Assembly (NCBI RefSeq): GCF_006345805.1
Contig: NC_043009.1
Location: forward strand, 29,264,001 to 29,328,000
DNA: 64,000 nt
From: Octopus sinensis
Lineage: Eukaryota
Direction of reading: 5' to 3'
Under the pieces are notes generated by a model, which saw only the letters and a list, made by a program, of their open reading frames with translations, searched no databases and had not been told where the DNA came from. Position 1 is the first letter of the stretch; each line of letters starts with the position of its first letter. Positions 11,974 through 24,054 of this stretch are shown here, one piece after another. The translations under genes and the position numbers were made by a program.

Positions 11974-12787
11974 TTCCCTTCTTATTTGGGGAAAAAAATA
12001 TTATCAATTAACCACTAAATCCACCGTCAGCAACTTCCACTCCTCCCCTCTTCTTTCTCTCCGATTTCCGCCCCTCCTTCATCTCTTCCCCTTCTTTTCC
12101 CCCTCCTCCTCCTCCGCTTCATCCCCTCCTCCACTCCATCATCTCTTGCTCCTCCCCTCATCCTCTTCTTCCTCCTCCTCCTCGAGTTATTCTCTCCACT
12201 ATCACCGCCGCAAGAACCACGTTAGTCCTTTACTACTATTACCCCCTCCCCTCCCTACATTGTAAGCGCAAAACCTCACCACCACCGCCACCACCACCAT
12301 TACCACCAATGCCACCACCATTGTCCCGTCATGCTCTTGTTCTTGCAGACGAATCACATCAGTCTTTAGTTTTAGTTCCATCTCCCCAAACCCTTTGTCA
12401 TTCTCAACGACAGATCGAAAGAAAGAAATACAGAGAGAGAAAGAGAGAAAGAAAGAGAGAGAGAGAGAGAGGGGTGGATAGCGAGAAGGAAAGAATAGGA
12501 TGAGGCGGTGTTGGGGAGGCCTGGGGGTGTTCTGGGAGACAACATGTAACCCACCCCACCCATCCCTAAAATCATCCTCCATTGATGTACAGATTAAAAA
12601 ACAACAACAGTAACAAAGCAACGAATACACAAACAATATGTTACATGCCTCCGTTAGCAGGTAAACTTGATTGCCGAAGGGGCTGGACGGATGTTCGGAA
12701 TTCCTCGCAACAACCTCTACCAAAGATGAAATCTTCAGAAAGGCGTCTCCAAGGATTGTCGGCGGATTAGCCTGCCCGACCCCTTAC

Positions 12788-12921
12788 CTCTCCGCTTCTT
12801 CTCTAATTCTAAGATACAACATCTTTCTTAAGCCTGACGACAATGGTAAACATTCTGCAAATTTATCAATGTTCAGAGATAAAGCTAAATATTTTTGCAA
12901 TTTCGTTCCTTCTGGAAACTT
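12788..12921 (-). CDS. Candidate internal exon (134 nt, phase 0 to 2), product unknown
   Basis: Long polypyrimidine tract plus ttcag| acceptor and a strong donor AG|gtaagg. Open frame KFPEGTKLQKYLALSLNIDKFAECLPLSSGLRKMLYLRIREEAE(R); the other two frames are closed. Confidence 0.5.
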
Positions 12922-13129
12922 CTGAAGTACCATGAATAAATGAATAAATGGGAATAAATAAACAAACAAACAAATAAATTTAGAAATAAAAGCAAAAAAA
13001 AAAAAAAACTCCCAGATAAAATAAGATTTAAAAAGGTACAAAAATCTCTGCAGAAAAGTTTTCAGAAAATGTTATTTTGATATTGTATACATAGATATGT
13101 ACTTACATTCCTAAATACGTAAACACACA

Positions 13130-13186
<57 letters not shown>

Positions 13187-13385
13187 GCACATGCAAACGT
13201 ACATACATACATACATGCGTTCCTGCCTATATTTTAATATTTACGCAGTATTTGTAGTTTAAAAATAATTTATGCACTGGTTATATCTATGCATCTATGT
13301 ATGCTGTATGTATGCATGTATTTCATGTACATATATGCACAGGTGTATACATGCATATAAATATGCCTCTATATGCGCGCGCGTA

Positions 13386-13424
<39 letters not shown>

Positions 13425-13429
13425 ACATA

Positions 13430-13620
13430 TGCTTCACTTTTGGATTTGGTTTACAAGATTCTTAATGTGAGTTCGTGTGTTGAAGCATATTTTGTTGTCT
13501 GGGGATGGTCATTCTCTTTTAGTGCCTTATTATTTAACATACTCACTGGTAAAGTTTCCACTCATTTACTTAGTTATTTTTCTAAAATTTTCGTTGCGTC
13601 CTGCAACCTTTACAATAGTC
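13430..13620. repeat. Dispersed repeat, same family as the arms of 38435-38679
   Basis: Shared text: tggatttggtttacaagattctt, gagttcgtgtgttgaagcatatt, cactggtaaagtttccact, ttcgttgcgtcctgcaacctt. Confidence 0.75.
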
Positions 13621-13748
13621 GCTATATCTATATATATAAGAGAGAGAGTGAGATACTTGGGGAGAGATATATATGTGTTTGTCTTTATGCATTGTTGTAT
13701 ATACGCGTGTATGTATGTGCACATGCATATATGTATGTATATATATAA

Positions 13749-13826
<78 letters not shown>

Positions 13827-14339
13827 GGAATTTACAAAAAAAATACAAAACAAAAGACAAAGACGGGTGTGTAAACAACAAATAGATGTATTAGTTTAAC
13901 ACACCAACATATATATAACTGAGAAGACAAACAAGACTACTTACTTTTCCTGTATCCCCTACACATCAGCACCATTGATCCTTAGATTAGATTATTTATA
14001 CAAAAGTTGACCCTTACCAATGGTTAGCATATTTTATATTGAACAAGCTGAACCCTTAAAAATGTTGGGCTTTATAAACAATTCTTTTTTGTATTTTCCT
14101 TTATATATTTGCATAACATTATTTCATTGTGTTAAATATTTGGGTTATGTCATTGGTTTCGTCCCCTAGTTAAGGATTTCGATCGCATAACACTCAAACG
14201 CATATTGTGACAAGGAAAATATTATTATGAATATAAAAAACAGTAACCAGTGAAACAATTTAAAAGTTGGTTAGGAGAACTGGTTAAACGCTGAAAAAAA
14301 TACTAGTATTTCATTACAGTCTTTTAAATATTGTTTTCG

Positions 14340-14545
14340 AATTTTGGCACAAGGCGAGCAATTTCGGGGAAGCGGGTAAGTCGATTTGATCGACCCCAGT
14401 GCTTGACTGGTACTGATTTTATTGATCCTGAAAGGATGAAAAGCAAAGTCGGTCCTGGTGGTATTTGAACTTAGAATTTATAGACGGAAGAAAGTGCCGT
14501 TGAGATTTTCCTCGGCGTGCTTAACGATTCTACCTGCTTGCCACC
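14340..14545 (-). mobile_element. SINE family A
   Basis: Reverse-complement family motifs. Confidence 0.8.
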
Positions 14546-14749
14546 CTGAATCCCTTAAAATTTTGAATTCAAATGACACAGAGCTTAACTTTGAATTTTG
14601 TTTTACTGTAATCAATAAAAGTACCAGTAAAGTACTGTGGGGAGGGGGGATTCATTTAACTATATTCTACTATTCCAAAATATGTCTTTGACTATGTATG
14701 TAAGAGATCGACGTTTAACTGAATTTAACTTTGGTAGAATCTACTTCAT

Positions 14750-16775
14750 AAATACAAAAACTGGTAATCACGCATTCAAACCAGGAGGAATTCATGGAAT
14801 GAGGAACTGTTACTAATAATTCTACAAAATGTGATGTTCTGAAGAATCTATAGAATCGTTATTTGTTTTTAATTTCATCATATTCAATATTGTTTATTGA
14901 ATATGGCGACAAATTAAAGGGAAAAAATATAAATTTACCTGTGGAAATATTCCATTTATAGTTATTTTCCATTTATTCTTATTTTGATTCACAGAAGCCG
15001 TCCATATAATGTGTGTGAAAAGATAAGGTATGCTGATTCCTCTATTCAATATAGATTAATATTTATCTTAATTAAAGGAAGAAGTCATTCAGGTGGTATT
15101 GAGTCAAAGATTTCTCAAACGGTTCTAGAAAAACCATCAAAATTAATAGTGTTTACAGATTATTCGCCCTGAATTCAAGAACAAAGACAAAATCTTTCTT
15201 GGAAGTTATAGGAATCCTCCCGATATGATGGAACAAAACAGGATTCAGAAGTAGCAATCCAAGAACCAAGTAAAAAATTCACTGAAGCTTTTTTAAAATT
15301 ATTATATCAAAGCACTGGGGATAGGAAAACTGTGACATCACCAATCATTGGAGAAACTTTAGTCAAGCCTTGTACTCTCAAAATGGTAGAAATTATGCTG
15401 GGAAATGGACTGGGGAAAACCTTAGGAAGGAATTCTTCAAAGGAAGATACGCCACGTGACTTTGATAAGTTGTGCAGATGACCAAGTTGGAGGCATTTGG
15501 TTTATTTTCACTTCAGCTTGATGACTCAGTTAATGTAATATTGTGCTCTCAGTCCACTGAGGTCGACTTTGCCTTTCATCATTTCGGGGTCGATAAATTA
15601 AGTACCAATTGCGTACTGGGTAGATCTAATCGACTGGCCCCCACCCCCAAAATTTCGAGCCTTGTGCCTAGAGTAGAAAAGAATATTGTGTTCCCAATGG
15701 TTGGTGTTTGCAAGATGTCTTTACAATGGTTAATTTAAAGAGAAGTTCCCTTTTTGTTTCCTCTTGGACCAATTACCAAATTCCATTGTAGTTTGGAAAC
15801 AGGTTAAATTTTTCATCGAATCAGAGATCTTTTGTTGGGTGATGTTTATAAATTCTGTACATGTGGAACATTAACTGTGTTATGAAATAAATCCGGATAT
15901 TCCAGTTTGTGTAAAAATAAATGAGCTCCAACACTAAAAGGCATTCTTCGTATTGTCTTCAAAAACACTTCAAGCACTAGTACGGAGGATTTTAGATCAA
16001 ATCATTGTGAATTGTGAATTTCTCAATACTGTAACTCTTAACTCATGATTTCTCAGTCTGTTATCCATTTACACGGAAGAAGATCGATTGCTTCTTTCTT
16101 AAACATAAATTCTATGAATTTTTCAAGCGGAACGAGTATTTGAGCTTTGAAATGGGATCAAATATACTTTCGAAGTTCAGGATAAGTTGGAATATCTATT
16201 TTTTATGATTAATGACGAGGGACTAATTATGTATGTTGCTTATTTGCTCAATATTTTTGAGCATCTAAATATATTGGACCTTCAATTTTTCACAAGCACG
16301 GAAAGAAAAACAAGCATTGCAAAATTTAAGAGCAAACAGGAAAATTAAAAGAGAAATGAGATCATATAAAAAATAAAAACAAAGAAATGCTGCAATATTT
16401 GAGATATCATCATCAATTCTTGTTGCTGGCAGTGAAGACCAAGTGCTTTCCAAATTTTCCAAAAAATGAAATTTTGCAACACTTGACAACACTAGAAAAT
16501 TAATTCCACTAATATTTTGCCGAATCCAGCAACATAGAGTTGGATTTAGAGTAAAATCCTTTTAGATTGTCAGTTGAAAAAGTTCCTGGTAATTGTCAAG
16601 ATGAATTTCTGAAACTGAAGAATGATTCGTTTATAAGAGATATGTTCAATGAGAAATTGTTGAACATGTTTCTGTGAATGTGCGATTCCTATCCAAAAGT
16701 GGCTGGGAGAATTATACATCCAATATTTCTGTTTGTATCCAAATATCTTTGTGAATCTATTTTTCTTTTTTCTTT
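14750..16775 (+). mobile_element. Decayed hAT (Buster/Charlie, ZBED8-like) transposase remnant
   Basis: Ordered fragments IIGETLVKPCTLKMVEIMLG, FSLQLDDSVNV, ERVFEL, YVAYLLNIFEHLNILDLQ, QDEFLKLKND..MFNEK, YPKVA and FVSKYLCESIF, with many stops and frameshifts. Confidence 0.8.
15546..15681 (+). mobile_element. 5'-truncated SINE family A inserted in the hAT remnant
   Basis: Family A 3' half, flanked by the direct repeat aatattgtg (15537-15545 and 15682-15690). Confidence 0.85.
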
Positions 16776-17011
16776 TGTTTTTTTCAAATTCGTTGAAAGT
16801 TAAAACGAACAAGAACATAGATTAAACTAATATTCGTTCTGCCCTTTTAAATTCGGCTCCGTAAACCTACAAACTGGCAAAAAAAAAAAGAGAAAAAAAA
16901 AGCACCTGGTTTCTCTTGATTGCTATCTTCAGCAGAATAATCTGAATTTAACACTGGCACTCATCGGACACTCGTTTCGTTTATTGTGGAATACTACAGT
17001 AACTTCAATCT

Positions 17012-17131
17012 GTTGAGTAATTAATTATAAATATACAAAAAAAAAAATTCTTCTATGCTTATGAAAGATTGTTGAGTAATTAATTATAAATATACAAAAA
17101 AAAAAAAATTCTTCTATGCTTATGAAAGATT
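17012..17131. repeat. Two-copy tandem duplication of about 60 bp
   Basis: gttgagtaattaattataaatatacaaaaa..ttcttctatgcttatgaaagatt occurs twice. Confidence 0.9.
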
Positions 17132-17619
17132 TTAAATCCATCATTCTTTCTTTTGTTATTAAATTGGTGAGTCTCTATTATAAAGAAACAGTTCAATTAA
17201 TTAACTAATTATATACTATTAAGAATAAATACTTCGACTCAAACAGTCGTAGAGAGGAAATAACCTGTTGAAGCGTGGGGTGGAGGAGATGTGCCTGGGG
17301 CTAAAAAAAGGGGGTGAGAATAACTGTTTTAAGATCAAAGGGAAATTATTGAGATGGCGCTGGTGACAACTTAGATGGTGATTAACACCAACGCCACCAC
17401 CACCACCATCATTACCGTCATAATGATTATGATTATTATCATGACCATGGCGGTCGTGATAATGATGATGGTGATGATGATGATGATACCACTTCCACCA
17501 CAATCACCGACACCACTCCCACCACCACCACCACCACCACTGCAATCATGATGTTGATTATGATGGTGATGGTCATAATCATCATTATCATCATGATTCT
17601 CTTCCTCATTCTTTCCCCT

Positions 17620-17890
<271 letters not shown>

Positions 17891-18469
17891 CAACAGCTCA
17901 TCTATCGGGGACATTTTTGTTTTTTTGGCAAATAGCGGAAAGCAAATTGCTTCATATTGCCAATGATAAACATGTATAGAGAATAGAGAATCAGTGATTG
18001 CGTTGATGTTTTGCTGCTGTTTCCTTCTACGTGGTCTGTAGACTTGCTAGAAATAGCAGTCATACATGTCCCATTTCTTTACACGAAGATTACGCTAGAT
18101 GTGATACCGGATTCCTTGCACATGATAGTAAGTCAAAAATGATCACAGCTGGAATACTTTTTGATAAGATTACTCTATCGTGGTTAACCTGGGGTTAAGC
18201 AAGAAAACAACAGTTATAACAAAAAGCTACTGACGAGACATTTATGTGGTCAATCGACCTGCTAGAAGTAGCACCCAAACCACTCCCAACTGTCATTATA
18301 TTGTTATGAAAGGGTCGCATAGAAAGTTGTAGTGCAAGATATACAAAACTACAAAGTGATGTTGAATAAAATATCAATGATCTATTTGACCGTGGTCTGA
18401 CCTAGGGCTAAAATAATAATAAATTCCACCGAAACTAATCGCTTGAAGAATTTTGAAAATGTAAAATGC

Positions 18470-19345
18470 TGATTTCAAATTTTGGCACAAGGCCAGCAGT
18501 TTTGGAGGCGGGGATAAGTTGATATCATCAACCCCAGCACTTAACTGGTGTTATCGACCCCCGAAAGGATAAAAAGCAAAGTCAACCGTGGTGAAATTTG
18601 AACTTAGAAGGTAAAGACGGACGAAATGCCGCTAAACATTTTTGTCCGGCGTGCTAACGACTCCGGCAGCTCACCGCCTTAATGCAAATGCAAATATAGA
18701 TTAATTTGTCAGTGGGCAGTTAAGCCTAATTGGTAAAGCACTTGACCGGTAATCAAAGGGATGTGAGTTCGAGTCTTATGGCTGGTTGCTGGTAAATTTT
18801 TCTGCTTGATATGGACATTTTATCCTGTCTCTGCTGTTCTATCAGCGTTTCTGCATTTGAAAATAAATTATTACCCTATCTGTATTTCACAATACATTTC
18901 AACGCTTCTAAAGACAAACATCAGTTTGTTTACATTTATCATTATCATCAGTATGCTTAGCTGCAGGTATTTCGTCTGTCTTTATGTTCCGAGCTCAAAT
19001 TGTGTTGAGGTAGGCTTTGCCTTTCATCCTTTCGGGGGTCAATAAAATGAGTAGCAGTTAGATGCAAGTAACTTACCCGATTCTCTCGACATTGCTGGCT
19101 TTGTTCCAAAATTCGAAATGAGTATTTAAAGACATTAAGGTACCGAGCTGGCAGAATCGTTAAAATGCCGAACAAAACACTTAGCGGCATTTTTGTCCGT
19201 TTTTACGTTCTGAGTTCAGTTTTACCTTTCGTCCTTCCGAGGTCGATAAAATAAGCACCATCTGAGCATTGGGATTGATGTAATGGACTAACCCCCTCCT
19301 CCTCCGGTAATGCTGGTCTGGTGCCAAAATTTGAAACCAATATTT
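18470..19345. mobile_element. SINE family A copies: 18470-18681 minus; about 18950-19120 and 19135-19345 plus
   Basis: Family motifs in both orientations. Confidence 0.8.
18715..18787 (+). pseudogene. tRNA-like sequence with GGT in the anticodon position (tRNA-Thr pseudogene or SINE head)
   Basis: 73-nt cloverleaf: acceptor GGCAGTT/GGCTGGT (one mismatch, wobbles), anticodon loop CCGGTAA, T arm GTGAG-TTCGAGT-CTTAT. It has C33 instead of U33 and stem mismatches. Confidence 0.55.
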
Positions 19346-20139
19346 GAAGGCATTTCATAACAAGAAAAAAGAAAATGGCAAAATAAATTCTGTCTTTCAG
19401 AATATTCCTTTAGAATCCAATGCCAGTTTTGGAAGATGACATAAAATAAGAGAATTTGGCAAATGTTGAAAGGTAAAAGACGAAATGGACACCTTAAAAC
19501 AACGTGCGATAATGTAGTAAAGAAACAAAAATTTTCAACAGATAGAGAAAGAAAGGGATGGAGAGAGGGGGGAAGAGAGAGAGAGAGCGAGAGGGAGAGA
19601 GAGAATATGTGAAATTAAGGATGAAGAAAAATTGACCAACAGGAAAGAGAACTGAAAAAGTACTTGGCAAACGTACGACAGTGGAATTTAAATCGTGTTT
19701 TTGCAATGATACATGCACAGAGAATCTGTGATTGCATTGCCCTTGTTGTTGTTGTTGTTGTTGTTTTTGCTGTTGTTGTTGCTGTTGTTTCTCCATTCAA
19801 CATCAACCTCGATTGAGCCGATGTACAAACGTAGGCAGTCCATGAGTACCAACCCAATTTAAAATAATCTGTTTTGCTTTGTATATCATTTTTTCTCCCT
19901 TTATTATTTTTTTTTCAGGACAGTAGTTTGTGATTTAAGTGAGGTTTGGTTGCTATTTCTAGCAAGGTGAACGAATACGTAGAGGTATTCTCGATAACGC
20001 GTTGTATGTTTGTGAGCATTTGTATGTCATATATGCTCTAAAGTTGTCTTTCTATTTCTGTTAAATGGTCTGCATAAACATGTCTGTGTATGTGCGTGAA
20101 TATGTATAGATTGACAAACAGATAGATAACTAGTTTGAT

Positions 20140-20500
20140 AGATATTCACAAGAGCAGGTGGAGGACCTCATCCTCGTTTCAAAGATGTCTAAAAGAGAGG
20201 TATGAAGTCGCTTGATCTGGACGTCCAGAGATGAGAGGAAGTTGCAAACGATCGCGCACACTGGAGGCAAATACTGCAAAAGGGAATGAATAGATCGGAG
20301 AAAGAAAAGCAGGAACTCACCGTCAAAGAGAAAGCGCGCTCGACAGAAAGGAAAAATCCGTAGCACCGACAGAGAGGTCCTTCAAATACAGTCACTGTAT
20401 GCGTGACTGCCACTCACCGACAGGCGTTGCACCACCATCAGCGGCTGACACGATTTCTTTGGGTGCAGATCCCTAGCCTCTCGAGACCGACGGATGCCTA
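20140..20500 (+). mobile_element. RTE-clade LINE 3' end, decayed
   Basis: GPHPRFKDV*KRGMKSLDLDVQR*EEVANDRAHWRQ, then a broken C-terminal zinc-finger-like HCMRDCHS and a cgagaccgacggatgcctac tail. Confidence 0.8.
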
Positions 20501-20509
20501 CTAGATATT

Positions 20510-21042
20510 CGATTATTGCAAAACCTAGCTTTATGTGAGATTAAAATATAAACACATCCCATCTATGCGTTTGATTCATATCATCCGAACAGATGGAGCA
20601 GATGTATGCCATTGTACAGCAAAAATACACGGCATTAGTTAAGAGTGAGCGAGCTCTTTTTGTAGGAAGACGATGCAAAACGTCATATCGCTCAAAGTAG
20701 CCAGTATAAACGTCAGGAAGTTGGGGTAATCAAACTGATTCCTCAACCAGCATATAGTCTGGACCCAGCTTCTTCAAATTGTGAATTGTTCCGATCCATG
20801 GCTCACTTCCTGTGCTTGCGAAGCTTCATCAACGAAGCGGAAGTGGAAGCTTCACTGAAGGAATTCTTGGCTTTGAAGGACAAGAACCGGTATCAGCCTG
20901 GGATTAAAAAAAAAAACTGGCAAAAAAAGGTGGCTTTAGACAGTTCAACACGATGGCCTCTTCGTTGAATGCTAGGCTACTTTTGTTGTAACTTGGCGAT
21001 TAAGGAAAATAAGTTACCAAAATATGGCAAAACTTTTAATAA

Positions 21043-21045
<3 letters not shown>
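20510..21045 (+). mobile_element. Second mariner fragment (C-terminal transposase), decayed
   Basis: EQMYAIVQQKYTALV, IPQPAYSLDPASSNCELFRSMAHFL..RSFINEAEVE, corresponding to mariner PHPAYSPDLAPSDY.LFRSM. Confidence 0.75.
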
Positions 21046-21073
<28 letters not shown>

Positions 21074-22241
21074 TATGCACACACACACACACATACGAAC
21101 AGATATACAACTATAGTAAATATGTCAACACGTGTCAAAGACATTTAATATTTGTATTGAGAGTTTCTGATCTACACTGGGATTGCTGAAAGTTTTACAT
21201 TCCTAAAACCATTCAGATCTTGCGCTCCTAAGAGATAAGCGAGACCTGTGCGTCCTGAAGAAGGCTGACTCCTATTGGAGAGTGTGTGAAGCTCATTCCT
21301 AGTAATCAGTACGCCTGGGTCATATAGTTAGCTGACTGTTGAATGGGCAACAGCTCTGACGCAATAGATAAGTGTACACTTACATATTGTACTAGAGTTT
21401 TTCCTCAACCAGAAGTGTATAAGTACAGTGTATAATGTCCGTGGAGCTTCAGACAACTCAATATTCAGCAGTTTGCTTCGCTTTTACAAAATATCATAGA
21501 TAAAAACATATTTCTCAATAATATAAACCAAGCTCTCAAATATAGAGCAATTTAATGTAGATGAGGGTTGGATAATTTCACTTTTATTGTTCATATTCCT
21601 TCGTTAGGATAAGGAATTAAATGTGGCGCTCCTACATTTTCTGAACTTAGAATCTTCCAGCCGAACAAACTCGATTTACCAGTCCACTAAATCCCTTCTG
21701 CCTTACTGAAAACTGTGCACTTCAACGATATTTCAGATCTCACTGTCCGAGAAGTATTATTGATGTTTATATCAACATTTTATGTAGCTATGCTTTTACA
21801 TGTAAATTGACAGTGTTATGTTGCGTGTGCACCTGATCATTATATATAAATGTTTGTATGCGTATATGTTTGTAAAGATATACATTACACACACACACAT
21901 ATACACACACATATGCGTATATATATGTATGTGTAGGTGTGTGTGTGTGTTTATACATCCACAACCATACACACACAGACATACCCATATCTGTCATGTC
22001 ACGAAATGGCGAAACTTTAAGTTGTAATGTGAATATTAATATAGAAAAATTATACAGATAAAGTGAACACACAAACACACACACACACACGCACACATGT
22101 ATTTATACGCATGTGTATATATATATTATGCATATATATGTGTGTTTGAGAGAGAGAGATACAAAGAAAGAATGAGTGAGAGAGAGAGAAGAAGAGGGAG
22201 AGAGGGTGACTGTGTGTGTGTGTGTCTTTACATATGCATAC

Positions 22242-22321
<80 letters not shown>

Positions 22322-22959
22322 ATATACATACATGTATGTATATATTTGCATACACACACACGCACGTATATTCACCAATTATTAGAAACTGTAGTTAACT
22401 TTATAGCTGCCATTACCACTTTCTGCAAACCTTGTGCAATTGGTTTAACATAGAAATACGGTAATATCTTCAGCTGAAGCATCTATATTCAGCTGGAAAA
22501 TGCATGAGTTTATGGCTCTGGAAATGGTGTTTATTTTTAAGAGAAATTTAATGTTTTGGGAACTTGAAGTGCTGATAAATATTTATGGAGTTTTTCAATT
22601 TAATAGTTTTTAACATGTTACAATGGTCATACACTTGTAAATTTAGGAGACACTTTCAAAATGAAATGTTTTCAAATTCAAATTTTCGCACTCTTTTTTC
22701 AATTTTGTCTTCCTTTTTGCTATCGTTTCTACTAATCTCTCTCCCTCTCTTGCTCCCCCTCTCTCTCCAACACACTCTCCTTCTCTATCTTCCCCTCTCT
22801 CTCTCTTTCTCTCTCTCTCTCTCACTCTCTCTCTCTCTATCTATCTATCTGTATCTATATCTTTGTCTTTGATTCCTGCTATCGTTTAATGTATCTATCT
22901 TTCTATTTATACTTACACACGCACAAATATGTGTTTATGTGTGTGTCTGTGTGTCTGTC

Positions 22960-22960
22960 C

Positions 22961-23051
<91 letters not shown>

Positions 23052-23073
23052 GATTTATCTATCTATCTATCTG

Positions 23074-23170
<97 letters not shown>
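22960..23170. repeat. (TATC)n microsatellite
   Basis: Directly visible. Confidence 0.97.
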
Positions 23171-23689
23171 TGCCTATCAATTCATTTATACACATATGAA
23201 GTTAATGTATACACATTTGTCTCTATGAATACAACTGCATTAGTATTTGGTCATATATATATATGTGTGTGCTTGTTTCTGACAGTCTGTCCGTATGCAT
23301 ACACGCTTACATATAGTTACATGTGTATATACACAAGCGTAGTCAGTAAATGTGCCTTTGAAAGTGTAATTAAGATATATATTTCTATGTTATATACATC
23401 CATATATGCTATAAGTTACGTAGATTAATTTCCATATTCACATGACCACACGCTGCTCTGAAAGCAGATCACCACTGAATTGACTGTAACGCAATGTAAT
23501 GTAAAACCTCCGTAGTCGATGTGAAATTAATATTCTCCTGGATAAGGCATTGACGTACAACAGGTAACATTCTCCCTTTGACTTATATACACACGCATAA
23601 ACACATTCGCTCATATACAAGGAGGCGCATATGTTTGAGAAAAAACACATACACACACACATATATATATGTATGCATATACCTATGTG

Positions 23690-23905
23690 TGTGTCTTTGT
23701 CTGTGTTTGTCCCCACCATCACCGCTTGACAACCGGTGTTGGTGTGTTTATGTCCCCGTAACTTAGCGGTTCGACATAAGTGACCAATAGAATAAGTACT
23801 AGGCTTTAAAAATGTCCTAGGGTCGATTTGTTCGTCTAAAATCTCTTCGAGGCGGTGTTCCAGCATGGCCGCAGTCAAATGACAGAAACAAGTAAAAGAA
23901 TAAAA
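23690..23905 (+). mobile_element. SINE family B 3' half (another at about 29095-29280)
   Basis: cgcttgacaaccggtgttggtgtgtttatgtccccgtaacttagcggttcg ... ccagcatggccgcagtcaaatgac. Confidence 0.85.
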
Positions 23906-24019
23906 GAAAAAGAAAGAATGCAAATCAAAAAACTGGAAAACAACAACAGTCAGAAGCACATTCACAGTCTGTCCATATGCATACACGCTCAGAGAAAGTA
24001 AGATGGAAAAACAGAGGAG

Positions 24020-24054
24020 CTTCGACGTTTCGGACATGGTTCTTCGTCAGAAAG
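24020..24054 (-). ncRNA. Minimal type I hammerhead fold
   Basis: Minus strand reads CUUU CUGACGA A GAAC CAU GUCC GAAAC GUC^GAAG. Canonical core, GUC triplet, palindromic ACGU stem III and one stem II mismatch. Confidence 0.6.

Noticed and set aside
12671-12925. Plus-strand ORF containing RIVGG (trypsin-like activation motif)
   Set aside because: No downstream PW or catalytic His motif and no usable acceptor; the opposite strand has much better splice signals.
14135-14185. Hammerhead-like relic on the minus strand (GUUAU...UCC/GGAC GAAAC...AUAAC)
   Set aside because: Both the CUGANGA core and the NUH triplet are unreadable; too degenerate to call.
21250-21300. CUGAAGA followed by a hairpin
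   Set aside because: No GAAA-stem III-NUH or stem I partner.
21384-21480. Minus-strand open frame ending at GTAAGT (RSKLLNIELSEAPRTLYTVLIHFWLRKNSSTI)
   Set aside because: Weak AAG acceptor, and such short open frames next to a GTAAGT are expected by chance in 64 kb.
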